A model generated the notes under the pieces. It had not been told where the DNA came from and made no database searches. It worked only from the letters and a program-made list of their open reading frames with translations. From an uncultured Spirochaetota bacterium (lineage in GTDB: Bacteria > Spirochaetota > Spirochaetia > SZUA-6 > CAVTHK01), in NCBI GenBank assembly GCA_963734495.1, contig CAVTHK010000009.1, forward strand, positions 160,001 to 224,000: DNA of 64,000 nt, in the 5' to 3' direction. How positions within the stretch are numbered: position 1 is the stretch's first letter; each line of letters opens with the position of its first letter. The translations under genes were made by a program, and so were the position numbers. Below are positions 34,248 through 43,880 of this stretch, one piece after another.

Positions 34248-35120
34248 TCACCTGGCCTGAATCTCGTTCCACACCGAAGGCTCCTCACGGCCCGCTCCGT
34301 CAACCGTGACGAGGTCCCCGTCCTTGCACGCTTCGTACATGGCCTCGAGCATCGGCATGCTGAAGCCCGCGGCCCGCGCCTGCCGGAAGTAGTACTCCCA
34401 CTCGGAGAACTCGAAGGAGAAGCCCGCGATCTCGCCGCTGCGGATCGCCCGGCAGAGGACGGCGTACCGGTCCGCGGAGTCCGGAGCCACGTCGAGCGCA
34501 CGAAGGATCAGCTCGATATCCAGGCCGCTGCGGAGACCGAAATTGACGACTTCGAGCCGGGCCATATCCGGAAGCCGCACCGTGAGCTGCTGCACGACCT
34601 TGGCGATCTGGCCCATCCCGATCGGACCGCAGTACACCAGTTTGGTCGCGTCTCCGGCCGCCTCGAACAGGGGCCAGCAGCTCATGGCAACCGCCCGGTC
34701 GCCCCCGACGAACATCCGAAGGCTCCCGCGGGCTGCACCCTCGCGGCCGCCGCTGATGGGCGCGTCGAGGTACTGGGCGCCGCGCCCGGCAAAAGCCGCG
34801 CCGATCCGGCGCGCGTCGGGGACCGGCACCGTGCTGTGGTCGATAAAGACCTGGCCCTTCCTGCAGCCGGGGACGAGACGCTCTTCCGCGAGGCGGATCG
34901 AGTCGCGGCCCTCGACGCACGTGGTCACGATGCCGCAGCTTTCGAGCAGCTCCTCGACGGTCGCTGCCGTTTCGGCCCCGGCCGCCGCAAGCGCGGCTGT
35001 CGCTTCGGGCCGTTTGTCGTGGCAGCGCAGGTGAAATCCCGATCGCAGGAGGTTGGCGGCGATTCCTCCGCCCATCTTGCCCAACCCGATGAAGCCTATG
35101 GTCGTCGATCTCGGATCCAT
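34248..35120 (-). CDS. NAD(P)-dependent beta-hydroxyacid dehydrogenase family protein
   Basis: GFIGLGKMGGGIA, DAPISGG and GMGQIAKVVQQ. Confidence 0.9.
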   Translation of the reverse strand: MDPRSTTIGFIGLGKMGGGIAANLLRSGFHLRCHDKRPEATAALAAAGAETAATVEELLESCGIVTTCVEGRDSIRLAEERLVPGCRKGQVFIDHSTVPVPDARRIGAAFAGRGAQYLDAPISGGREGAARGSLRMFVGGDRAVAMSCWPLFEAAGDATKLVYCGPIGMGQIAKVVQQLTVRLPDMARLEVVNFGLRSGLDIELILRALDVAPDSADRYAVLCRAIRSGEIAGFSFEFSEWEYYFRQARAAGFSMPMLEAMYEACKDGDLVTVDGAGREEPSVWNEIQAR

Positions 35121-35147
35121 GATTCCTCCGGCTCGCCTCGAAGTCGG

Positions 35148-35175
35148 CTTATACACCCGCCCCGGGCGGTGTCAA
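35148..35175 (-). promoter_or_regulatory. Putative sigma-70 promoter (leftward operon)
   Basis: Minus strand: TTGACA, 16-bp spacer, TATAAG. Confidence 0.65.
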
Positions 35176-35240
35176 GTCGTGCTTTCCTCCCGCGCTGTCC
35201 GGCGGACGCCTACGCGGCCCGGGGGCCTCGGGACCTCAAC

Positions 35241-35269
35241 TTGACAGGTGCGGACCCCGGAACTACAAC
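35241..35269 (+). promoter_or_regulatory. Putative sigma-70 promoter (rightward operon)
   Basis: TTGACA, 17-bp spacer, TACAAC. GAGGAGG RBS precedes 35306. Confidence 0.65.
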
Positions 35270-35305
35270 GCCCCATGTCTTCTCGTCGCCTGAGGAGGAT
35301 CGATC

Positions 35306-37540
35306 ATGTCCGAACAAGTGGCACGGCTCGCGGTGGACCTGGGAGGAAGTTGGTTGTACCGCCAGGACCCTGAACGGCGGGGCGACAGGCTGGGCTACTC
35401 GGAGCCGGCACTTTCGCGCGCCGACTGGAAGCCGATGAACGTGCCCAACAACTGGTACCTGACCGAAGTTGGGGACTACGACGGCGTCGTCTGGTTCCAG
35501 CGCAGCTTCCGGGTTCCTTCGGAGATGAAGGGCCGGAGAATCAGCCTCCGATTCCGGGCGGTGGACTACATCGCCCGCGTCTGGCTCAACGGGACTTACC
35601 TCGGACGCCACGAGGGGTACTTCAACCCGTTCGAGTTCGACGTTACGGATGCGCTCACGACCGGGGACAACTGCCTCGTGGTCGAAGTCGACTCCCCGAG
35701 AGACCCGACCGAGTATGTTCTCCTGCCCAATCCGCAGAACCTCGCCACACCGCTGTCCACGCCGTACAAGCGGCACCAGGCCAGGGCGCTGACCACCGTC
35801 AAAGGGCATCTCATCGACGCCATGCACCGTCCGGGCGCGATGACCAGCTTCCGCCAGGACGGCAATACCGGCGGCATCTGGCAGACGGTCGAGCTGATCG
35901 CCCGGGGGCCGGTCCAGATCGCATACGACAAGATCACCTGTACGATCGTCGAGCGCGACTTCGTGCCCGACGGATCGGCCCTGGTCTCGGTGGACGTGGA
36001 GCTGGAGAACAGGACCGGCAGGGTGATCGAGGTCGACGCAGGGCTCCGCATCACCCCTGAGAACTTCGAGGAGGCCCTCGAGCTCGAGCGCGTGAGACGC
36101 GTGGAGCTGCAGCCCGGGCGGAACGCCTTGAAGCTCGTGCTCACCATCCCCAAAGCCCGGCTGTGGTCGACGTGGGACCACGGCGATCCGAATCTCTATC
36201 GGGCCGAGATCCGGGTCGATCGGGAGGGGCAGCGCGACGACGAGGTGAGCGAGGCGTTCGGCGTGAAGAGCGTGCGCCATGATGAAGCCACCGGACACTG
36301 GTGGCTGAACGGCAGGAGGGTGTTCCTCCGCGGGATGCGCTACTACTCCAGCATGTACATGAGCGAGGTCACGACCGCCCGCATCCGCAAAGACCTCGAC
36401 GAGATGCTGGCCATGAAGATCAACTCGATCCGCATCGGAAGCCACGTCGAGCTGGATTCGTTCTACGACCTGTGCGACCGGATGGGCTTTCTCGTGTGGC
36501 AGAACTTCCCTCTGCACTACTGCTACAGCGACAGCGACGAGCTGATCGAGCGCGCCGGCGTGATGATGCGGGACATGGTGCGGATGCTCCACAACCACGC
36601 CTGCGTCGGCATGTGGAGCGTGTTCAAGGAGCCGCAGATCTACGGGCTGCCCGACATGCCGAACAACTACGGCAGGCTCTGCCAGGTGCTCTACGAGACC
36701 GGCAAGACGGTCGACCCGATCCGCTGGATGCACAAGGGCGACTACCAGGAGGGAGTTCAGAACCTCATGACCGGTTGCTGCCAGCCCGGTGACCTCGACA
36801 TGAAGCGCATCCGCATCGAGCCGAACATCGTCGAGTTCGGCTCTCACGCCCTGCCGCCCCTGAAAAGCCTGAAGAAGATCATCCCGGAAAAGGACCTCTG
36901 GCCGCCCAACTGGGACGTCTGGGAGTACTGGTGCTTCTTCTACGACCTGCAGGTCCGATTCACGAAGCTCGACCTGAGCGTCGGCTCCCTGGAGGATCTG
37001 ATCGCGCAGTCGCAGGCGATCGAGGCGAAGACGATCAAGGAGCAGATCGAGTTCTTCCGCCAGCGCAAGTACTCGCCGGTGGGATCGATGTATCTCTACT
37101 ACTGGAGCGATCCGGCTCCGACGATCGGCTCGGGGCTGATCGACTATTTCGGCGAGAAGCTCCCCGCGTACGAGAGCATGAAGGGCGTGTACACCCCCGT
37201 GCTGGTCTGCCTGGAGTGGAACAAGGATCCTTACATCATCGGCTACGAGAAGTTCTGGAAGCCGGCCGACCTTTTCGTGGCGAAGGTCTGGGTGATCAAC
37301 GACCAGGATCGGGACGTACCGGCCCGGCTGACCTGGCAGCTGACCGGAGAACGAGGCGGCGCGCCGGTGCTGTCGCGCGAGCTCGACCTCGTGCTGCCCG
37401 CCGACAGCGCCAAGGTCGTCGACACCGTCACCTGGCCGATTCCGCGCGGAACCTCCGGCCGGCATCTCGTGTCCATGAAGGTCGCCGACGACAAGGGGGC
37501 GGTCCTGTCGCGAAACACCTTCGACTTCACCGTCAGGTAG
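35306..37540 (+). CDS. GH2-family glycoside hydrolase (paralogue 3)
   Basis: FRAVDY, HEGYFNPF, RIGSHVE, WSVFKEP and IVEFG. Confidence 0.9.
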   Translation: MSEQVARLAVDLGGSWLYRQDPERRGDRLGYSEPALSRADWKPMNVPNNWYLTEVGDYDGVVWFQRSFRVPSEMKGRRISLRFRAVDYIARVWLNGTYLGRHEGYFNPFEFDVTDALTTGDNCLVVEVDSPRDPTEYVLLPNPQNLATPLSTPYKRHQARALTTVKGHLIDAMHRPGAMTSFRQDGNTGGIWQTVELIARGPVQIAYDKITCTIVERDFVPDGSALVSVDVELENRTGRVIEVDAGLRITPENFEEALELERVRRVELQPGRNALKLVLTIPKARLWSTWDHGDPNLYRAEIRVDREGQRDDEVSEAFGVKSVRHDEATGHWWLNGRRVFLRGMRYYSSMYMSEVTTARIRKDLDEMLAMKINSIRIGSHVELDSFYDLCDRMGFLVWQNFPLHYCYSDSDELIERAGVMMRDMVRMLHNHACVGMWSVFKEPQIYGLPDMPNNYGRLCQVLYETGKTVDPIRWMHKGDYQEGVQNLMTGCCQPGDLDMKRIRIEPNIVEFGSHALPPLKSLKKIIPEKDLWPPNWDVWEYWCFFYDLQVRFTKLDLSVGSLEDLIAQSQAIEAKTIKEQIEFFRQRKYSPVGSMYLYYWSDPAPTIGSGLIDYFGEKLPAYESMKGVYTPVLVCLEWNKDPYIIGYEKFWKPADLFVAKVWVINDQDRDVPARLTWQLTGERGGAPVLSRELDLVLPADSAKVVDTVTWPIPRGTSGRHLVSMKVADDKGAVLSRNTFDFTVR

Positions 37541-37549
37541 GAGCGGATC

Positions 37550-38335
37550 GTGGTCAGACTCTCCATTTCCTCTCTCTCGGCGGACGGGTTTGCCGACAAC
37601 GACTACGTGCGGACGTTCGAGCTGTTCCCGCGTCTGGGCTTTCGCTACGTGGAGTTCAATCTCTGGCACCCCTCGAGCCTGACGCCCGCCAAGATCGCGG
37701 ACATAGGGGAGCGGTGCGCGAAAGCGGGACTCGAGCCGACCGCGGCGTACTCGAGCGGCTTCGGCGGCAACATGGCCAAGGACGTGGGCCACAAGATCCG
37801 CATGATGGAGGCGGCCCGCGAGCTCGGCTGCCGGCGGATCGTGGCGTGCGGCGACAAGCGCGGGGACCCGAAGGCTCTCGACCAGCTCATCCGGGTCCTC
37901 AAGGAGCTCGTCCCCGCGGCCGAGGAGATGGACATTCTGGTCTGCCTCGAGAATCACGCGGACAACGTGCTGGAGACCGTGGAGGACTACCAGCGGATCG
38001 TGGACGCCATCGCGTCCGAGAAGGTCGGGATCTGCATCGATACCGGGCATTTTGAGGCGGCAGGCGTGAACATGAATGACCTCATCGATCGACTCGGCCG
38101 CCGGGTGAACCACATTCACCTCAAGGACAACAAGGAGTTCGGCGTCAAGAGATTCTGCCGGTTCGGCGAGGGGACCATCGACAACCACAACGTCATCAGG
38201 CGCATGCTTGCCCTCGGTTACGACGGCTACATCAACATCGAGCTTTCGCCCGAGATCGAGGGGGCCACGGGGCCGCTGGCGGCCGAGGACATCCTGGTGC
38301 CCAAGCGGATGTTCGAGGGATATGCCGCGGAGTAG
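37550..38335 (+). CDS. Sugar phosphate isomerase/epimerase (xylose-isomerase-like TIM barrel)
   Basis: Metal ligands in LENH, CIDTGH, HIHLKD and INIE. Confidence 0.9.
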   Translation: MVRLSISSLSADGFADNDYVRTFELFPRLGFRYVEFNLWHPSSLTPAKIADIGERCAKAGLEPTAAYSSGFGGNMAKDVGHKIRMMEAARELGCRRIVACGDKRGDPKALDQLIRVLKELVPAAEEMDILVCLENHADNVLETVEDYQRIVDAIASEKVGICIDTGHFEAAGVNMNDLIDRLGRRVNHIHLKDNKEFGVKRFCRFGEGTIDNHNVIRRMLALGYDGYINIELSPEIEGATGPLAAEDILVPKRMFEGYAAE

Positions 38336-38363
38336 GGCGACGCCGCTCGGGCGCGCAAAAAGT

Positions 38364-38391
38364 TTGACTTCCCCATGGGCCGTACTATGAT
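38364..38391 (+). promoter_or_regulatory. Putative sigma-70 promoter of sugar ABC operon
   Basis: TTGACT, 16-bp spacer, TATGAT. GAGGAGG RBS precedes GTG at 38432. Confidence 0.5.
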
Positions 38392-38431
38392 GCCTCCATC
38401 ATCCCCGACCGGGGAAGAGGAGGTTACCCTC

Positions 38432-39746
38432 GTGGACAGGCGTTTGCTGATTCTCCTGATGCTGGCGCTCGTCGTGACGCAGGTCGCCTTCGCGACGGCG
38501 GCAAGGAGACGGCGGGAGCTTCGAAGGTCACCGAGCTGAACATGGCGTGGTGGGGAGCGCAGGCGCGCCACGACAAGTTCAACGCGATTCTGGACCTCTA
38601 CGAGAAGAAGAACCCGAGCATCAAGGTCATCCGCCAGTACGCCCCCTGGGGCGACTACTGGTCGAAGATGGCCACGCAGAGTGGCGGGCGGCACGCTGCC
38701 CGACTGCTTCGGCATGGTCGCGCAGCAGAAGGGCGACTATGCGACCAAGGGAGCGATGACCCCGCTCAAGGAGTACGTGGACAGGGGCCTGATCGACATC
38801 AAGGACTTCAGCAAGGGCGCGATCGACGCGGGCAGCTACGACGGCGTGTTCTACATGGTGACGTTCGGCGACACGGCTTCGACGCTCGTCTACAACATGA
38901 GGATCCTCAAGGACGCGGGCTATCGCCGCGCCCGGGAACCCGATGAGCTACGACGAGCAGAAGGCCTACCTGGTCGGCCTGCAGGCCAAGCTCCCCAAGG
39001 GAGTCTGGGCTGAGCAGGACGACGGGGCCAAGTGGGAGCACGGGTTCGAGAATTTCGTGCGCCAGAGTGGCTACGAGCTCACGACTCCCGACGGCAAGAA
39101 GGTCGGCTACACCAAGGAGGTGCTCAAGGAGTACTTCGCGTTCTGGGGCGACCTGCTCAAGGCGGGCGTCATACCCCCGCCGACCGTCACGGCCGAGGAT
39201 GCGCCGCAAGCAGTGGGGCGACACCATCATGGCCAAGGGCCTGACCGCTCTCTGGTACACCAACGCGAACCAGGTGCCGGTCTACCAGGCCACGATGAAG
39301 GACGAGCTGAACATCGTGCGCTCGCCCATCGCCGACAACGCCAAGAGGCAGTACGTCGAGATGATCCAGCCCTCGGGATGGACCATCGCGAAGAGCTCCA
39401 AGTACAAGGACGAGTCAGCCAAGCTGATCAGCTGGTTCGCCAACGACCTCGAGGCCCAGAAGATCTTCGCCATGGAGCTGGGGTCCCCTGGTTCGGCCAG
39501 GGTCACCAAGGCCTCATCGACGGCCTCAAGCCGGACACCGACCTCCCGGACCGCGCGCGGAAGCGTGTCCTGGAGTTCATGGCCAAGGTCAGCGCCACGG
39601 TCGACGGCCACGCGGGCCGTGCCAGGAACGCGCCTGCCCTGATCACTGACATGCAGAAGAAGTACGCCGCGTACACGTTTGGCCAGATGACCCTCGACCA
39701 GGCGGTCGACGCGCACTTCAACTCGCTCGAAACGATCCTGCAGTAA
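38432..39746 (+). CDS. Carbohydrate ABC transporter solute-binding protein (several frameshifts)
   Basis: Signal peptide, MAWWGAQARHD, WGDYWSKMATQ, AGGTLPD and LVYN. Pieces lie in several frames. Confidence 0.85.
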
Positions 39747-39813
39747 GGCTCTTTCCGCGGCCGGCGCCAGCCGCCGGCCGCGCGCCTGTTGTCACGGGAC
39801 AGGAGGTAACGGC

Positions 39814-40728
39814 GTGCGAGGCGCTGCTGCCAGAACGCCGCATGGGACCGCAACAAGTTCGGCTTCTTCTTCATGTCCCCCTGGGTGATCGGGTTCCTCG
39901 TCTTCAACCTCGATCCCGATTCTCTATTCGCTGTTCCTCTCGTTCACGAACTACGACTTGTTTACGGCGCCGCAGATCGAAGGCCTTCGCAACTACATCA
40001 ACCTCTTTACCCGTGATGCGCGTTTTCTCAAGGCCCTGAGCGTTACGGGCCGGTACGTGTTCATAGGCGTGCCGCTGCAGCTCCTCGTCGCGTTGCTGCT
40101 CGCCCTTGCCCTCAACCGGGACATCCCGGGGACCACGATCTTCCGGGCCCTGTTCTACCTGCCGGCCCTTCTGGGCGGCAGCGTGGCCATCTCGATCCTG
40201 TGGCGCCAGGTCTTCGGGTCCGACGGGATCGTGAATGGCGTGCTCGCCGGGCTGGGGCTGCCGGAAAGCGTCACCAAGATATCGTGGGTGACCCACCCCT
40301 TCTACACCCTCTACACTCTGATCATCCTGAGGGCGTGGCAGTTCGGCTCGCCGATGATCATCTTCCTGGCCGGTCTCAAGCAGGTGCCCGAGGAGTACTA
40401 CGAGTCGGCGTCCATCGACGGCGCGAGCGCGTTCGCCCAGTTCTGGCAGATCACGCTGCCGATGATCACGCCCATCGTGCTGTTCAACGTCGTGATGCAG
40501 ATCATATCGGCGTTCCAGGCGTTCACCCCTGCCTACATCGTCGGGGGCCGGGACGGCGGAACGATGGACGGGCTCCTGTTCTACACGCTCTACCTGTACA
40601 ACGTGGGCTTCACGTACTACCGCATGGGCCTCGCGTCGGCGATGGCCTGGATTCTCCTCGTGATCATCGCGGTCTTCACGGCGCTGGCCTTCAAAACCTC
40701 CAGCATGTGGGTCCACTACGAGGACTAG
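39814..40728 (+). CDS. Carbohydrate ABC permease (frameshifted 5' end)
   Basis: MSPWVIGFLVF, FRALFYLP and EAA motif YYESASIDGAS. Confidence 0.9.
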
Positions 40729-40737
40729 GGGCGCGTC

Positions 40738-41580
40738 ATGGTCAGGTCCAACAGTCTGGCGCGGGTGTTGCTCTTCGTGATCGTGTGCGTCGGCGCAGTC
40801 ATCTCGCTCTATCCGCTGGTGTGGATGGTCACCAGCTCGTTCAAGCCGGAGCACCTGATCTTCGAGGACAAGAGCCTGATGATCCGGGAGTTCACCCTCG
40901 GGAACTATGCCAAGGGCTTCAAGGGCATCGGCGGGACCACGTATCTGGAGTACCTCAGGAACACTTTTGTCATCGTGATTCCCGTAGTGTTCGCCAACCT
41001 GCTCTCGTGCTCCATGACCGGCTACGCGTTCGCGCGGCTGCAGTTCGCGGGCAAGCGCCTCGCGTTCCTGCTCATGCTGCTGACCATGATGCTCCCCATG
41101 CACGCCTCTCTGATCCCGCGCTACATCCTCTTCAACAAGCTGGGATGGATCAACAGCTTCAAGCCCATGATCATTCCGCATTTCTTCGGCATCGCGTCGT
41201 TCTTCGTGTTCCTGTTCGTGCAGTTCATGCGCGGCATCCCGAGAGAGCTGGACCACGCGGCGACCGTCGACGGCTGCGACCCGATCGCGATCTACTGGCG
41301 GATCATCCTCCCGCTGTCCACCCCTGCGCTGCTTACGACGGCGATCTTCACCTTCATCTGGACCTACGACGACTTCTTTTCGCAGCTCATCTACCTGAAC
41401 GATCCGAAGAAGTTCACGATCGCGCTCGCCCTGCGCCAGTACACCGACGCCTACGAGCTTTCGGCCTTCGGCACGCTCTTCGCGATGTCCGCCGTCTCGC
41501 TCCTGCCGGTGATGATCTTCTTTATCTCCTGCCAGAAGTACCTGGTGCAGGGCATCGTCACGACGGGTCTGAAAGGCTGA
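40738..41580 (+). CDS. Carbohydrate ABC permease
   Basis: YPLVWMVTSSFK, GYAFARL, IPRELDHAATVDG and QKYLVQGIVTTGLKG. Confidence 0.93.
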   Translation: MVRSNSLARVLLFVIVCVGAVISLYPLVWMVTSSFKPEHLIFEDKSLMIREFTLGNYAKGFKGIGGTTYLEYLRNTFVIVIPVVFANLLSCSMTGYAFARLQFAGKRLAFLLMLLTMMLPMHASLIPRYILFNKLGWINSFKPMIIPHFFGIASFFVFLFVQFMRGIPRELDHAATVDGCDPIAIYWRIILPLSTPALLTTAIFTFIWTYDDFFSQLIYLNDPKKFTIALALRQYTDAYELSAFGTLFAMSAVSLLPVMIFFISCQKYLVQGIVTTGLKG

Positions 41581-41615
41581 CGCCGCACGCGCAGCCGGCG
41601 TGCGCCGGCCGCGCG

Positions 41616-43737
41616 CTACCCGAGCTCGATGATCAGCGCGTCCTGCGCGGGCACGATCGCCTGCAGGCTTGCGGCCATCGCCGCGACTTCGCCGTCGCCC
41701 CAGGCGAGGCGGCGCACCCGCAGCCGCGGCTCGCCGCGCACGCTCACGGAGACCGGCGCGTCGGCGCTCGTCGGGTTCAGCAGCCACAGGTACTTCCCCC
41801 CGTCGCCGTCCAAGAGGCGCGCGATGACCTCGGGCCGCGAGACCCGCAGCAGCGGCTCGTTGCCGCCCCAGGCGAGAACGTCGGCGAAGAACCGCCGGTT
41901 CTCGTCGCTCGGCGAGCGGAAGTACGACACCGAGGGGTAGGTTCCGAAGAGCAGGGTCCTGCCCCGGCCGGCGCGGCGCTCGATCACCGCCGCGCCGCCG
42001 CCCAGGCAGCCGTCGGCGTAGCGGCCGCGCACTGCCGTCGCCGCCCGCTGCCTCGTAGACCTGCGTGTACAGGCCGCCTCGCACGCGGCGGCCTTCCCAT
42101 TCGATGACGACGTCGTCCGAGAGGTCGGGCAGCAGCTCCACGTACTCTTCGCGCGCTCCGAAGAGCCGGCCGAAACCGAGCCCCGGCTGCGCGGTCCCGA
42201 CGCGGCAGCGCTCGTCGAAGTAGCCGGGGAGGCCCTGGCAGACGAGCGTCCCGCCCCGCTCGACCCAGGAGGCGATCGCCGCGGCATGCGCGTCGGTGAG
42301 CATCAGCGGGTAGGCGTAGTAGAGGAAGTCCCGGCTCTCGATGTCGTCTACGAGCACCCAGTCGGCCTGGATGCCGTTGTCGAAGAACCCGCGATAGGCG
42401 CCCGAGAGCGCCTCGTCGTAGACGTCGAGATGGACGCCCTGACCGAGCAGGAGCTTGAACGCGAGCGTCTCGTCGGTCACGAGGAGGCCGACGTCGCCCT
42501 TGACCGGGCGCGACTTGCTGAAGAGCCCCGCCTGCTCCGGCGCGTTGGCCCACTTCGCGAGCCTGCTCACCATGGCGGAGCGCCCGTTGCGCGAGCCGTC
42601 GTTGCCGTAGAAGCCGTAGGCGCCGAACAGCGGGCCGTCGAGCAGCGATCGCCAGCGCGGGCTCAGGATCCCGGTCGCCCCGCCGCACATCGAGGTGAGC
42701 GCCCAGATCCTCACGTCCGCGGGGCTGACGACGCGGCCGTCCTCTTTGGGCCTTCCCGCCAGCTTCGTGTGGCTGAAGGGGTTGATCCACACGGGCCCGC
42801 CCTGGAACTCGGAGTGCCAGAACGGCTTGCCGCGGCAGCCCGCACGCACCAGGTCCACGGCCTGCATCAGCTTCCAGGCCTCGGCCGTGTGCCGCTCCTG
42901 CACGTAGGTCAGGCCGTAGGACTCGACCTTGGCGGCCGCGCGCCACTCGTCGGAGCCGCCGAGGGCGTAGTTGTTGAGCGACGAGGCCTCGCCGTGCGCG
43001 CTGATCAGCGCGTCGGGGTCAATGCCCCGGATCAGGTCGACCCTCCATTGCATGTCCTCGTAGAAGGCATCCTTGCGGAAGGCGACCCAGTCCAGGCACT
43101 CGGGATAGGGCGCGAGCGTCCGCGGCGGCTCCACCTGCGCCCAGTCGGTGTAGCTGTAGCGGCGCCAGGCCTTCGCGACCCCGGCGAGGTCGCCGTACTT
43201 CGCGCGCAGCCAGCCGCGGAAGCGCTCCCGGGTCGAGGCGCAGTAACAGTCCCTGCGGTAGTGGCACTCGTTGTTCACGTCGTAGCCGAGCAGCCCTTTG
43301 TGCCCGCGGTACCGGCGGACCATCTCGGCGAGGAACCGGCCGCCGAGCTCGCGGACGGCCGCGCAGTCGAGGCAGAGGCCGGGGTAGCCGCCCGTCGCGC
43401 TGCTGGCGCCCATGGAGCTGGTCACCGGCGCGCCGTCGGCGCTCGCGTAGCGTCCTTCGGGATGCAGCGCGTACAGCCACTCCGGCGCGCTGATCATCAT
43501 CTCGGCGATGATCGCGCGGATGCCGTGCCGCGCGCCCAGGTCCAGCTGCCGGTCGTAGTCGTCCCAGTCGTAGACGCCCGGCGCGACCTCGATGGCCCCC
43601 CACATGAACCAGTGGCGGAAGATGTTGATCCCGTCCTCGCTCGCGGTCCTGTAGTCGCGCTCCCAGTCGTCGCGGGGCGGGTTGGATTTGCGAAAGTAGA
43701 CGGCTCCGAACGGGAACTGCGGGACGTCGCGCTTCAC
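41616..43737 (-). CDS. GH42-like beta-galactosidase (frameshift near 42030)
   Basis: WGAIEVAPGVYDW, YDVNNEC..DCYC, WLRAKYG and WHSEFQGG, followed by a trimerisation domain. Confidence 0.88.
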
Positions 43738-43824
43738 CCTAGACCTCCTCGAGGACGCGGCCGATCATATCACGCGCCCGCGCCGACAGATGCCGGATTC
43801 CCGCAATGGACGGCCCGAAGCTCG

Positions 43825-43853
43825 TTGACACCGCCGCAGCCATACCTGATAAT
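43825..43853 (+). promoter_or_regulatory. Putative sigma-70 promoter of Opp-type ABC operon
   Basis: TTGACA, 17-bp spacer, GATAAT. AAGGAGG RBS precedes 43881. Confidence 0.65.
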
Positions 43854-43880
43854 CCTGCACTGAATCCAAAGGAGGGAACC

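Noticed and set aside
35210-38188. 992-aa minus-strand ORF and similar long antisense ORFs (2566..4368, 28838..30943, 49938..52217)
   Set aside because: Shadow frames of real genes in GC-rich DNA, with no protein motifs.
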